A stretch of 32,000 nt of DNA from an uncultured bacterium (GTDB lineage Bacteria; Cyanobacteriota; Cyanobacteriia; Cyanobacteriales; Spirulinaceae), in contig CAYNIP010000014.1 in assembly GCA_964397305.1 (NCBI GenBank), positions 31,430 through 63,429 on the forward strand, written 5' to 3'. Of this stretch, positions 8,034 through 15,879 are shown in pieces. Numbering within the stretch: position 1 is the stretch's first letter; every line of letters starts with the position of its first letter. The position numbers and the translations under genes are program-made. A model generated the notes under the pieces. That model worked only from the letters and a program-made list of their open reading frames with translations, was not told the origin of the DNA and ran no database searches.

Positions 8034-9170
8034 CTAGCGGCGATCGCGCATCAGGTCTACAAACTGCTTGAACAAGTAGTCGGCATCGTGGGGGCCGGGG
8101 CTGGCTTCGGGGTGGTATTGCACCGAGAAGCAGGGCAGGGTTTTATGGCGCAGCCCAGCCACGGTGCGGTCATTGAGATTAAGGTGGGTCACTTCCACCT
8201 CGGGGCCGAGGGATTCCGGCGTCACCGCAAAGCCGTGGTTTTGGCTGGTAATCTCCACCTGCTGCTGTTTCAGGCCGGCCGGTTGATTGAGACCCCGATG
8301 GCCGAACTTGAGCTTAAACGTTTCGGCCCCCAGAGACAGACCCAGGATCTGATGGCCCATGCAGATGCCAAACATCGGCTTCTGGCTCTCGAGCAGGGTC
8401 CGGGCCGTCTCGATGCCCTCCATCACGGCGGCTGGGTCCCCGGGCCCGTTGGACAGGAAGATGCCATCGGGGTTATAGCCAAGAATCTCCGCTGGGGGGG
8501 TGTGGGCCGGCACGACAATGACCCGGCAGCCGTAGCTGGCGAGGCGACGGAGAATGTTGCGCTTGATGCCAAAGTCGATGGCCACAACGGTCAGGGGCTC
8601 GCCGTCGGCGGCCACCTCGCTGAACTCCCAGGTCCGGGCCGTGGGCTCTGACCATTCATACACTCGGCTCGTGGTCACGCGCTCGACTAGATTCAACCCC
8701 GCCATGGAAGGGGCGGACTGCACGCGGTGTAGCAGCTCGTCGGGATCGAGAATTTCCGCTGAGAGGGCGCCGTTCATCGCCCCGGCGACGCGGATTTTTC
8801 GGGTGAGGGCGCGGGTATCGACGCCGTAAATACCGGGGATGCGGTGCTCAGCCAAGTAGTCCGGCAGGGATTGTTGCGATCGCCAGTTACTCGGCCGCCA
8901 GCAGATGTTGCGGGCGATCGCGCCCGCCACCTGCGGGCCTTGGGATTCCTCATCCTCGGAGTTCACCCCGGTATTGCCCAACTCCGGGTAGGTAAAGGTG
9001 ACGATCTGCCCACAGTAGCTGGGATCGGTGAGCACTTCCTGATAGCCCGTCATGCCCGTATTGAAGACGACTTCTCCAATAGCCGTGGTCGTCGCCCCAA
9101 AGGACCAGCCCTGGTAAACGGTGCCATCGGCAAGCACGAGTAGAGCCGGCTGAGCGGTTGCGGTGGCCAT
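8034..9170 (-). CDS. carA: Carbamoyl-phosphate synthase small (glutamine amidotransferase) subunit
   Basis: 378-aa ORF. The N-terminal CPSase small-chain domain is present ([16 protein letters not shown]...[21 protein letters not shown]). The class-I GATase triad region is also present ([12 protein letters not shown]...[12 protein letters not shown]). Confidence 0.93.
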   Translation of the reverse strand: MATATAQPALLVLADGTVYQGWSFGATTTAIGEVVFNTGMTGYQEVLTDPSYCGQIVTFTYPELGNTGVNSEDEESQGPQVAGAIARNICWRPSNWRSQQSLPDYLAEHRIPGIYGVDTRALTRKIRVAGAMNGALSAEILDPDELLHRVQSAPSMAGLNLVERVTTSRVYEWSEPTARTWEFSEVAADGEPLTVVAIDFGIKRNILRRLASYGCRVIVVPAHTPPAEILGYNPDGIFLSNGPGDPAAVMEGIETARTLLESQKPMFGICMGHQILGLSLGAETFKLKFGHRGLNQPAGLKQQQVEITSQNHGFAVTPESLGPEVEVTHLNLNDRTVAGLRHKTLPCFSVQYHPEASPGPHDADYLFKQFVDLMRDRR

Positions 9171-9550
9171 AGCTATCCCCCATGAAATCGAAAAGGAATC
9201 GAAAACGATAGACCGTGATGAATGCTGATTTACTCTAGCAGCGAAGGCCGGATCATTTCACCCACCTCGGCCGCGGTTAAGGGCAATTACGGGGGCAAAT
9301 TCGGGAATTTCAGCGGAATCACGGCCTGGGGTGATGAAGATTCACGCATCGCTCTGATCACTGTCACCTCCTCCCGGAAGCCCGCTTCCTATACTAAATA
9401 CGGGGACTCACCCCTCACCATCAGGGCGTTGCAGATGGGAGCCTCGCGGCTCACTGCCTGCGTCGCCGTCTCGCCCCTCGTGTACCGCTGGAGCGGTTCG
9501 GTGTCTCTCAAGGCCAGCACTGCTGTCACGGTCGTCCATCCAGAAATGCC

Positions 9551-10792
9551 ATGCCAACTAAGCCTTTGTCTGCTAATTTCCCCCTCGAAGAGACCCCGCT
9601 CGCCCCTGAGCTGGAGCCCGATGCTTTAGAGCTTGACCCTCCTGCCGATCTGGTCGCAGTCATGGCAGAGGACCCTGATCTCGCGGAACGACCGGGGCGT
9701 GGCGGCCGGAGCACGACGGACCTCGTCCGCTTGTATCTGACGGAAATTGGTCGCGTGCCTCTGCTACGGCGCGATGAGGAAGTCGCAGAAGCTCAGTGCA
9801 TCCAGCGCCATATTGCCCTGCTGGAATTGCGGGCTCAGCAGGCCGACCAAGGGGATGCCGTGATGCAGCAGTTGGTAACGCTGATCGATGCCCACGACCG
9901 GCTCGTGTCTCAGTTGGGTCACCGCCCCTCCTGGAGCCGCTGGTCGGCCGCCGTGGAGATGGACCCCGGGGAGTTGAAGCAGACCCTCGCCGCCGGTAAG
10001 CAGCGCTGGGCTGAGGTCGCCGGCCTGACGGTGCCGGAACTGGAGGAGTGCCAGCGGGTCGGACTCCGGGCGAAGGAACACATGATCAAGGCGAACCTGC
10101 GCTTGGTGGTCTCGGTGGCAAAGAAGTATCAGAATCGCGGCATGGAGTTGCTGGATCTGATCCAGGAAGGAACCCTGGGCCTCGAGCGAGCGGTGGAGAA
10201 GTTTGACCCGACTAAGGGCTACCGCTTCAGCACCTATGCCTACTGGTGGATTCGCCAGGGGATCACGCGGGCGATCGCCACCCAGAGCCGCACCATTCGC
10301 CTACCGGTTCACATCACTGAAAAGCTGAACAAGATTAAAAAGGCTCAGCGCAAACTGTCCCAAGACCAGGGCCGCACAGCGAGCATGGAGGAAGTGGCCC
10401 GCGAGCTGGACATGACCGCCGACCAAGTGCGGGAAGTCTTGCTGCGAGTGCCGCGCTCGGTGTCCCTAGAAATCAAGGTCGGCAAAGAAAAGGACACTGA
10501 ACTGGGCGATCTGCTGGAAACCGAAGAAACCTCGCCGGAAGACCTGATGATGCGGGAAGCGCTGCTGCGAGAACTGCACCACCTCCTCGCTGACCTCACC
10601 AGCCGCGAGCGAGACGTGATCCAGATGCGCTACGGCTTGAAAACAGGGCAGCCCTACTCCCTAGCGGAAATCGGCCGCGCCCTCGAGCTCTCCCGAGAAC
10701 GGGTGCGCCAGATCGAAGCCAAGGCTCTGCAAAAGCTGCGCCAGCCAAAGCGCCGCAACCGGGTGCGGGATTATCTAGAAGCCCTGAGCTGA
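9551..10792 (+). CDS. RNA polymerase sigma-70 family factor (RpoD-like, group-2-type)
   Basis: 413-aa ORF. Region 1.2 is DLVRLYLTEIGRVPLL. Region 2 is NLRLVVSVAKKYQNRGMELLDLIQEGTLGLERAVEKFDPTKGYRFSTYAYWWIRQGITRAI. Region 3 is TIRLPVHITEKLNKIKK. Region 4.2 is SLAEIGRALELSRERVRQIEAKALQKLR. The N-terminus and region 1.2-2 linker differ from primary SigA, so I call it group 2. The subtype is not resolved. Confidence 0.88.
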   Translation: MPTKPLSANFPLEETPLAPELEPDALELDPPADLVAVMAEDPDLAERPGRGGRSTTDLVRLYLTEIGRVPLLRRDEEVAEAQCIQRHIALLELRAQQADQGDAVMQQLVTLIDAHDRLVSQLGHRPSWSRWSAAVEMDPGELKQTLAAGKQRWAEVAGLTVPELEECQRVGLRAKEHMIKANLRLVVSVAKKYQNRGMELLDLIQEGTLGLERAVEKFDPTKGYRFSTYAYWWIRQGITRAIATQSRTIRLPVHITEKLNKIKKAQRKLSQDQGRTASMEEVARELDMTADQVREVLLRVPRSVSLEIKVGKEKDTELGDLLETEETSPEDLMMREALLRELHHLLADLTSRERDVIQMRYGLKTGQPYSLAEIGRALELSRERVRQIEAKALQKLRQPKRRNRVRDYLEALS

Positions 10793-10868
10793 GGGCAAAC
10801 GGTTGCTGGGAATCCCGAGAGGGTAGCGCGTTTGGGTGCATCGTCAGTCAGCCGCTGTGCGTTGATAG

Positions 10869-10926
10869 CCCCCGGCCCTTTCTCTTCGGGAGGGCGAAGG
10901 GGGGTCCTCCCAACTGAGATGCGCCC
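10869..10926 (+). repeat. Dispersed repeat, short form (CCCCCGGCCC-hairpin-...GAGATGCGCCC)
   Basis: CCCCCGGCCCTTTCTCTTCGGGAGGGCGAAGGGGGGTCCTCCCAACTGAGATGCGCCC aligns by eye with the copy at 22769-22835. They share the modules CCCCCGGCCC, GGAGGGCGAAGGGG and (A/C)TGAGATGC(G)CCC. Confidence 0.7.
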
Positions 10927-11327
10927 GTGCGTTTTAAGCGCCCTCTCCCGCGCTGGGCTACGCTCTAGGCCCCAGCCGCCAGCCCCTTAGCCTGAGGGAG
11001 CCCACGCTGGGGAAAGCCCCTGAGAGCTGCCATCCCCTAACCTCTGCTCTGAAGGCTGGGCTCCTCAGTACACCGAAAACCTGAAACTCCTGCGCTGCGG
11101 ACTTGCCCGCCATTCCCCAACCGTGCTGGGGGCTGGCGGGATTTTGCTATCCCCCTCTTGCTCAGGGGGCCGGGGATTGCTCAACCCGTTTTAGGGGGTT
11201 TTCGCGCTCAGCCTGGAATCTGAATCCCAGATGCAGCAAGAAGTTCCGCAATTTTTGGGTAATCGGTAGGGAGCATCGCCGTTAGACAAGTTTACCCCCT
11301 CTGCGAGAAGCCGCTGCGCATCTACAT

Positions 11328-11486
11328 CCCCCGGCCCTTTCTCCCAAGCTGGGAGAAGGGGAGTTAGAAGCCCCTCTCCCAACTTGGGAGAGGGGTTAGG
11401 GTGAGGGCTTAGTTAAGGAGTACCAACATCCCGCGTAAAATTTTGTCCACCCGGGCGCAGGGAAGTCTCCAAAGTGAGATGCCCCC
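11328..11486 (+). repeat. Dispersed repeat, long composite form with two tandem hairpins
   Basis: The left module is CCCCCGGCCC plus the hairpin CCCTTTCTCCCA-AGC-TGGGAGAAGGGG (11335-11361). A second hairpin, CCCCTCTCCCAACTTGGGAGAGGGG, lies at 11371-11395, followed by GTTAGGGTGAGGGC...CGCGTAAAATTTTGTC. The right module is GTCTCCAAAGTGAGATGCCCCC (ends 11486). Relative to the short form it carries an internal segment of about 105 nt. Confidence 0.85.
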
Positions 11487-11750
11487 TAATCGATAACCCT
11501 GAAGGAGAGGAATTACCATCTCCTCTAGTCCGAGCCTTGGCAGCAAGGACCGGAGGGTGAGGGCGCTTCGGTACAATTCTGGCTGCTGTAGTCCAATGCA
11601 AAACCACGGTTGCTGGGAGAAGCGGCAACGGGATCTCGGACCCTACTTTCCGGGACTGAGGGGTGTGGTAGCAGAGCGGCGATCGCCAAAAAGACCACTT
11701 TAGGCGATGATGAAAAGTAGTACTTTTCAACTCAGGAGCGGGCCCCAGGG

Positions 11751-13004
11751 ATGGTCGAAAGTAGCGGTCAGGCGCGACCCACCGCGATCGATTTGTTTGC
11801 CGGTGCGGGGGGATTTTCCCTGGGTCTTGAGCAGGCCGGCTTTGATGTGGTCGCAGCGGTCGAAAAGGACCCCGTTCATGCCAGTGTACACCGCTTCAAT
11901 TTTCCTCACACTCCTGTCCTCTGCGCCGATCTCACCCAGGTCAGCAGTACAGAAGTCTGGGCCTTGGCCCAGGGCCAGTACCCCCACCTACAACACCTCG
12001 ATCTGCTCATTGGTGGCCCGCCTTGCCAGGGATTTTCGATCATGGGAAAACGGAGCCCTAGCGACACGCGCAACCACCTCATCTTCCAGTTCTGTCGCTT
12101 GGTTCGCGATCTGCAACCGCGTTACTTTGTGATGGAAAATGTGCCCGGCCTGAAGGCCCTCCGTTACCGCCCCCTCCTCGAGCGTCTCCAAGATGAATTC
12201 AGTGCTGCCGGCTACCAAGTCACCGTGCAGTTGCTCAACGCCGCCGACTTCAGTGTGCCCCAGGAGCGCAAGCGCCTGTTTATCCTGGGGAGCCGACGCG
12301 ACACAGGCCCCCTCAACCCCGTGATTCCGCCGCTCTTTCAATTTGCGCCTACGGTGGGCGATGCCCTGCAAGACCTCCCGGATCTGGACGCCTTTCCCGG
12401 CCTCTTCGACACCGATGAGCTGGAGCTATCCCCGGCGGCCCTGCGCCGCCTCGAGGCGGCCGCCAGTGACTATGTGCGGCTGCTGCGCGATCGCGCCACC
12501 GACGCCAGCAACTATGCCTACCCGCGCCGCTGGAACCGTCGCCTCCTGACGGGCTGCCGTCGCACCCATCACACCGAGACCTCCAGGGCCCGCTTTCACA
12601 CCACTCCCCCCGGTCAACTGGAGCCGGTCAGCCGCCTGCGACGCTTGGACTGGACCAAGCGCTGTTGTACCCTACGCGCGGGAACTAACTCAGAGCGGGG
12701 TCGCCATACCTCGGCTCGTCCCCTGCACCCCGACCGCGATCGCGTCATCTGCGTGCGGGAGGCCGCACGACTGCACTCTTTTCCCGACTGGTTTCGCTTT
12801 CACACGACGAAATGGCACGGCTTTCGAGAAGTGGGAAATGCTGTGCCGCCGCTCCTCGGTCGGGCCGTCGGCCGGCAAGTCATAGCCGCCCTGGGGGCTA
12901 CCCCAGTCCAGCCCCGCCAGCGTCTCCCCTTGGGCGATCGCCAATTAATCACCCGCTCCCTTGGCGACGCCGCTCGCTACTGGCATCCCCCGGAACCGGC
13001 CTAA
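11751..13004 (+). CDS. DNA (cytosine-5)-methyltransferase
   Basis: 417-aa ORF with the ordered m5C-MTase motifs: I IDLFAGAGGFSLGLEQAGF; IV GGPPCQGFS; VI FVMENVPGL; VIII QERKRLFILG; IX REAARLHSFPDWF; X GNAVPPLL. A variable TRD-length segment lies between VIII and IX. The SD-like CAGGAG lies 13 nt upstream of the ATG. Confidence 0.92.
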   Translation: MVESSGQARPTAIDLFAGAGGFSLGLEQAGFDVVAAVEKDPVHASVHRFNFPHTPVLCADLTQVSSTEVWALAQGQYPHLQHLDLLIGGPPCQGFSIMGKRSPSDTRNHLIFQFCRLVRDLQPRYFVMENVPGLKALRYRPLLERLQDEFSAAGYQVTVQLLNAADFSVPQERKRLFILGSRRDTGPLNPVIPPLFQFAPTVGDALQDLPDLDAFPGLFDTDELELSPAALRRLEAAASDYVRLLRDRATDASNYAYPRRWNRRLLTGCRRTHHTETSRARFHTTPPGQLEPVSRLRRLDWTKRCCTLRAGTNSERGRHTSARPLHPDRDRVICVREAARLHSFPDWFRFHTTKWHGFREVGNAVPPLLGRAVGRQVIAALGATPVQPRQRLPLGDRQLITRSLGDAARYWHPPEPA

Positions 13005-13582
13005 GGGCTCCCCGCCGCCGTCGGCCTTGAGGCCTCCTTTTGCTCCACCCCAAAGCCGACGAGCAGCATGGTGTCTAGCGGTCGATTGGGGCCGGGGCGC
13101 TGGAAATTGTAAATGCGGCGGATGCGGAGGTTGGGATTAATCAGCGTGATGGAATCCACCGAGGTGACGTGGGTGTAGGGAGTCGTCATGAGCAGCTCCC
13201 GGCTCTCGTCCGTAAAGCGAAAGTGGGACACGATGGGGCGGGCCTCTTCGTAGGCGCGATCGCGTAGATAGTCCCCTTCGAGCACCCCATCCCCAGCAAT
13301 CTTGGGCACAAAGAGCAAATTGAGCTGCTGCGAAACCGTCTCTCCGGTCTCCGAGACCGTGTGAAAGTTGAGGGCAAACCCCTGGAGGTCCTCGAGTTGG
13401 GGCGGGGGGACATACTGGTTATCCGCCAGGACCTTAAGCTTCATCGCCGAGCCAAGGCGCCTGACCTGAAACTCCGTATGCGATCGCTCCACCTCCTGCC
13501 GGGTCAAGTAGTGGTAAGTGCGCTCCGTGGTCCAATGACCCACGCAACAGTCGAAGAACTCCCGAAAGCTTTTCAGTTCCAT
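13001..13582 (-). CDS. CpcS/CpeS-family phycobiliprotein (bilin) lyase-like protein
   Basis: 193-aa ORF. The N-terminus FREFFDCCVGHWTTERTYHYL matches the family hallmark FF..S.G.W.S.RT.H.L. The C-terminal half has LTLINPNLRIRR (family PNLRLR). The lipocalin-like size fits. Its stop overlaps the dcm stop by 4 nt (convergent CTAA). Confidence 0.65.
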   Translation of the reverse strand: MELKSFREFFDCCVGHWTTERTYHYLTRQEVERSHTEFQVRRLGSAMKLKVLADNQYVPPPQLEDLQGFALNFHTVSETGETVSQQLNLLFVPKIAGDGVLEGDYLRDRAYEEARPIVSHFRFTDESRELLMTTPYTHVTSVDSITLINPNLRIRRIYNFQRPGPNRPLDTMLLVGFGVEQKEASRPTAAGSP

Positions 13583-13705
13583 AACCCCTACCTACTTGTC
13601 AACCCGCAACCCTTACCCTTCAAATTGTAAACACAGGAGCTGTGCCCGGTCCGACCCCGTGGCTCCAGCGCCTGAACCTAGTCGAAGCGGCAACCCCCAG
13701 ACCCG

Positions 13706-14671
13706 ATGCTCACGCTGACCTACAGCCCCGCCTACACCCTAGTTCCCACCTACGAATGCTTTAACCGCTGCGGCTATTGCAACTTTCGCCGCGACCCCGG
13801 AACCAGCCCCTGGTTATCCCTCCCGGAGGCCGAAACCCGGCTGCGAGCCTTGCAGGGAACCGGCGTGATCGAGATCCTGCTCCTCAGCGGCGAAGTCCAT
13901 CCCCAAAGTCCCCGCCGGGCAGCCTGGAGCCAGCACCTCTACGACCTCGCGGCCCTGGCCCTGGACCTGGGCTTCTTGCCCCACACCAATGCCGGCCCCC
14001 TTAGCCGCGCCGAGATGACCCGCCTCCAAACGGTCAACGTGTCCCTGGGGCTGATGCTGGAACAGATAACCCCCACTCTTCTCCACACCGTCCATCGCCA
14101 CGCCCCGAGCAAAGAACCGCGCCAGCGCCTGCAACAGCTAGACCAAGCCGGGGAGTTGGGCATCCCTTTCACAACGGGCCTGCTCCTGGGGATTGGTGAG
14201 ACCGAGGCGGACTGGCGGCTCAGCCTGGCAGCGATCGCGTCCTGCCACCAGCGCTGGGGTCATATCCAGGAAGTGATCCTACAACCCCACAGCCCCGGCG
14301 GACGGCAGGCGGCGGGCCTGGCGGCCTTAGGGGGCGATCGCCTCCTGACCGCCGTGCGCCTCGCCCGCCAGCTCCTACCGACCGAGATTACCGTGCAGAT
14401 TCCTCCCAATCTGGTCACCCAGCCGGCCTGGCTCCGGGCCTGTGTGGCAGCCGGAGCCCGCGATCTGGGCGGTTTGAGCCCAAAGGATGAAGTCAACCCC
14501 GACTATCCGCACCCGACCCCGGCCCAGCTAGCGGCCGCCCTAGGCCCGGAGGCGGTGCTCGTGCCGCGACTGCCGGTCTATCCCCAGTACCTGAGCTGGC
14601 TGGGGGCCGACTTGCAGCAAGCGAGCCGCCGGGCGGCGGCGCGCACTCCCGGCTCCCTGAAGCCGAGGTGA
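13706..14671 (+). CDS. cofG: Radical-SAM enzyme, FO (7,8-didemethyl-8-hydroxy-5-deazariboflavin) synthase subunit CofG-like
   Basis: 321-aa ORF. YTLVPTYECFNRCGYCNFR contains the CX3CX2C radical-SAM cluster motif in the CofG-like N-terminal context. The length and the GLLLGIGET region are consistent with CofG rather than CofH. Subfamily call is by recognition only. Confidence 0.65.
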   Translation: MLTLTYSPAYTLVPTYECFNRCGYCNFRRDPGTSPWLSLPEAETRLRALQGTGVIEILLLSGEVHPQSPRRAAWSQHLYDLAALALDLGFLPHTNAGPLSRAEMTRLQTVNVSLGLMLEQITPTLLHTVHRHAPSKEPRQRLQQLDQAGELGIPFTTGLLLGIGETEADWRLSLAAIASCHQRWGHIQEVILQPHSPGGRQAAGLAALGGDRLLTAVRLARQLLPTEITVQIPPNLVTQPAWLRACVAAGARDLGGLSPKDEVNPDYPHPTPAQLAAALGPEAVLVPRLPVYPQYLSWLGADLQQASRRAAARTPGSLKPR

Positions 14672-14890
14672 TCCACGCCTAGGGCTCCAGGCCGGGGGCG
14701 GGGGTCAAGCGGGATGGGGGCTAGACCGTCGCCCTGACCTGGCTGGGGAGGCCCCTGGGCCCCGGGCCCGACGCTGCCTCGTTCTCCCGCCGGCTGAGTT
14801 GGGGAGGCGCGATGCCGCCAATTCGCTGCGCGGGGGTCAGAGGGTTCTGTTACAATATTTTGCGTTCTCTGTGTAACCTGAGTTTAGGGT

Positions 14891-15394
14891 TTGAGCGAAA
14901 CCACCGGAATTCAAGAGATCGATACGCTAGCCCAGGAGCTAGCCACGATTCAGCAGACCAGCTCGAAGCGAATTGCCATCCTGGGCTCTCGCCATGTGCC
15001 GATCACCCACCAAAAGCTGATTGAGGTCATGAGCTATGCCCTAGTGCTGAGCGGCAATCGGGTAACGACCTCCGGGGCGACGGGGACCAACCTAGCCGCA
15101 ATCCGGGGCGCGATGCGGGCAGACCCCAATTTGCTGACGGTGATCTTGCCCCAGAGCCTCGCGCGCCAGCCCCGAGAATCTCGAGAGCAACTCGAAAAGG
15201 TGATCCACTTGGTCGAGCACGCTGACCATGATCGCTTGTCCCTGGGAGAAGCGAGCGCGATCTGCAACCGCGAAATCGTCGCCCGCTGCCAGCAGTTGAT
15301 CTGCTTTGCGTTTCACGACAGCAATACGCTGCTCCGCACTTGTGAGGAGGCGGAGGAACAGCGGAAGGTGGTCACGCTGTTTTATTTTGACTAA
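14891..15394 (+). CDS. Stand-alone DprA/Smf-like Rossmann-domain protein (no SAM or winged-helix extensions)
   Basis: 167-aa ORF with a TTG start in the track; no upstream ATG is in frame. RIAILGSRHVP...VTTSGATGTNLAAIRGAM...LLTVILPQSL...ICNREIVARCQQLICFAF parallels the DprA core pattern (VAIVGSR..S / VVSGLA.GID.AAH.GAL / TIAVL..GLD / RNRIIAGLS...VV). Confidence 0.55.
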   Translation: MSETTGIQEIDTLAQELATIQQTSSKRIAILGSRHVPITHQKLIEVMSYALVLSGNRVTTSGATGTNLAAIRGAMRADPNLLTVILPQSLARQPRESREQLEKVIHLVEHADHDRLSLGEASAICNREIVARCQQLICFAFHDSNTLLRTCEEAEEQRKVVTLFYFD

Positions 15395-15415
15395 CGCCCT
15401 GGTAGGCCTGCTGCT

Positions 15416-15835
15416 ATGCTGACGCTTCCCCTTGAATCGCTGCTAATCGTCTCGCTGATGGGGGCGGTCATTTTGGCTTACTTCCCGTTTATGTGGGTGG
15501 GCTATGCTCGCTTTCGGCTGGGCTATGATTCCCATGCCCCGCGAGCCATGTTTGACCGCTTGCCACCCTACGCCCAGCGGGCTACCTGGGCTCATCAGAA
15601 TGGGTTTGAAGCCCTGCTGATCTACGCGATCGCCGCCCTCAGTGCCTACGTCGTCGGGGTTGAATCTCCTTGGGCGGTCGGGGCAGTGCTGGCCTTTCTC
15701 ACCGCACGCCTGCTCTACTCGCTTTGCTACATCTTCGATCAGCCGATCCTGCGATCGCTCATGTATGCAACGGGCTTCTCCAGTACCCTAGTACTGTTGG
15801 GTCTGAGCGTGCAGCAGGCCCTGGCTAGCGCCTAG
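15416..15835 (+). CDS. MAPEG-family membrane protein (microsomal glutathione-S-transferase-like)
   Basis: 139-aa ORF with four hydrophobic helices. R.M.F.RLPPYAQRATWAHQNGFEAL resembles the MAPEG R...H.N..E signature. It starts 21 nt after the DprA-like gene. Confidence 0.6.
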   Translation: MLTLPLESLLIVSLMGAVILAYFPFMWVGYARFRLGYDSHAPRAMFDRLPPYAQRATWAHQNGFEALLIYAIAALSAYVVGVESPWAVGAVLAFLTARLLYSLCYIFDQPILRSLMYATGFSSTLVLLGLSVQQALASA

Positions 15836-15879
15836 GGCTACCTGCGGCCGGTCGGCCCCCTCACGCCCCCTGCCTCCCC

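Noticed and set aside
7821-8651. 276-aa + strand ORF overlapping carA and the DUF2499-like gene
   Set aside because: It is antisense to carA, whose amidotransferase motifs are unambiguous, and it spans an intergenic gap. Its composition is typical of antisense translation.
9222-9629. 135-aa ORF in the carA / sigma-factor divergent region
   Set aside because: It overlaps the sigma gene start, has mixed third-position composition and has no recognisable family. The region is more plausibly two divergent promoters and leaders.
11413-11730. 105-aa minus-strand ORF upstream of dcm
   Set aside because: It runs through the dispersed repeat (11413-11486) and the AT-rich palindrome. It has no SD, and the product is Pro/Arg/Ser-rich. 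Repeat-derived ORFs of this kind are usually artefacts.
13000-13014. Shared 14-mer CCTAAGGGCTCCCC at two convergent gene ends (2722-2735 after moaC; 13000-13013 at the dcm/cpcS-like overlap)
   Set aside because: It occurs only twice and is short and GC-rich. I could not find an associated hairpin or U-tract. It may be chance or a codon/stop context effect, which is not enough to call a terminator motif.
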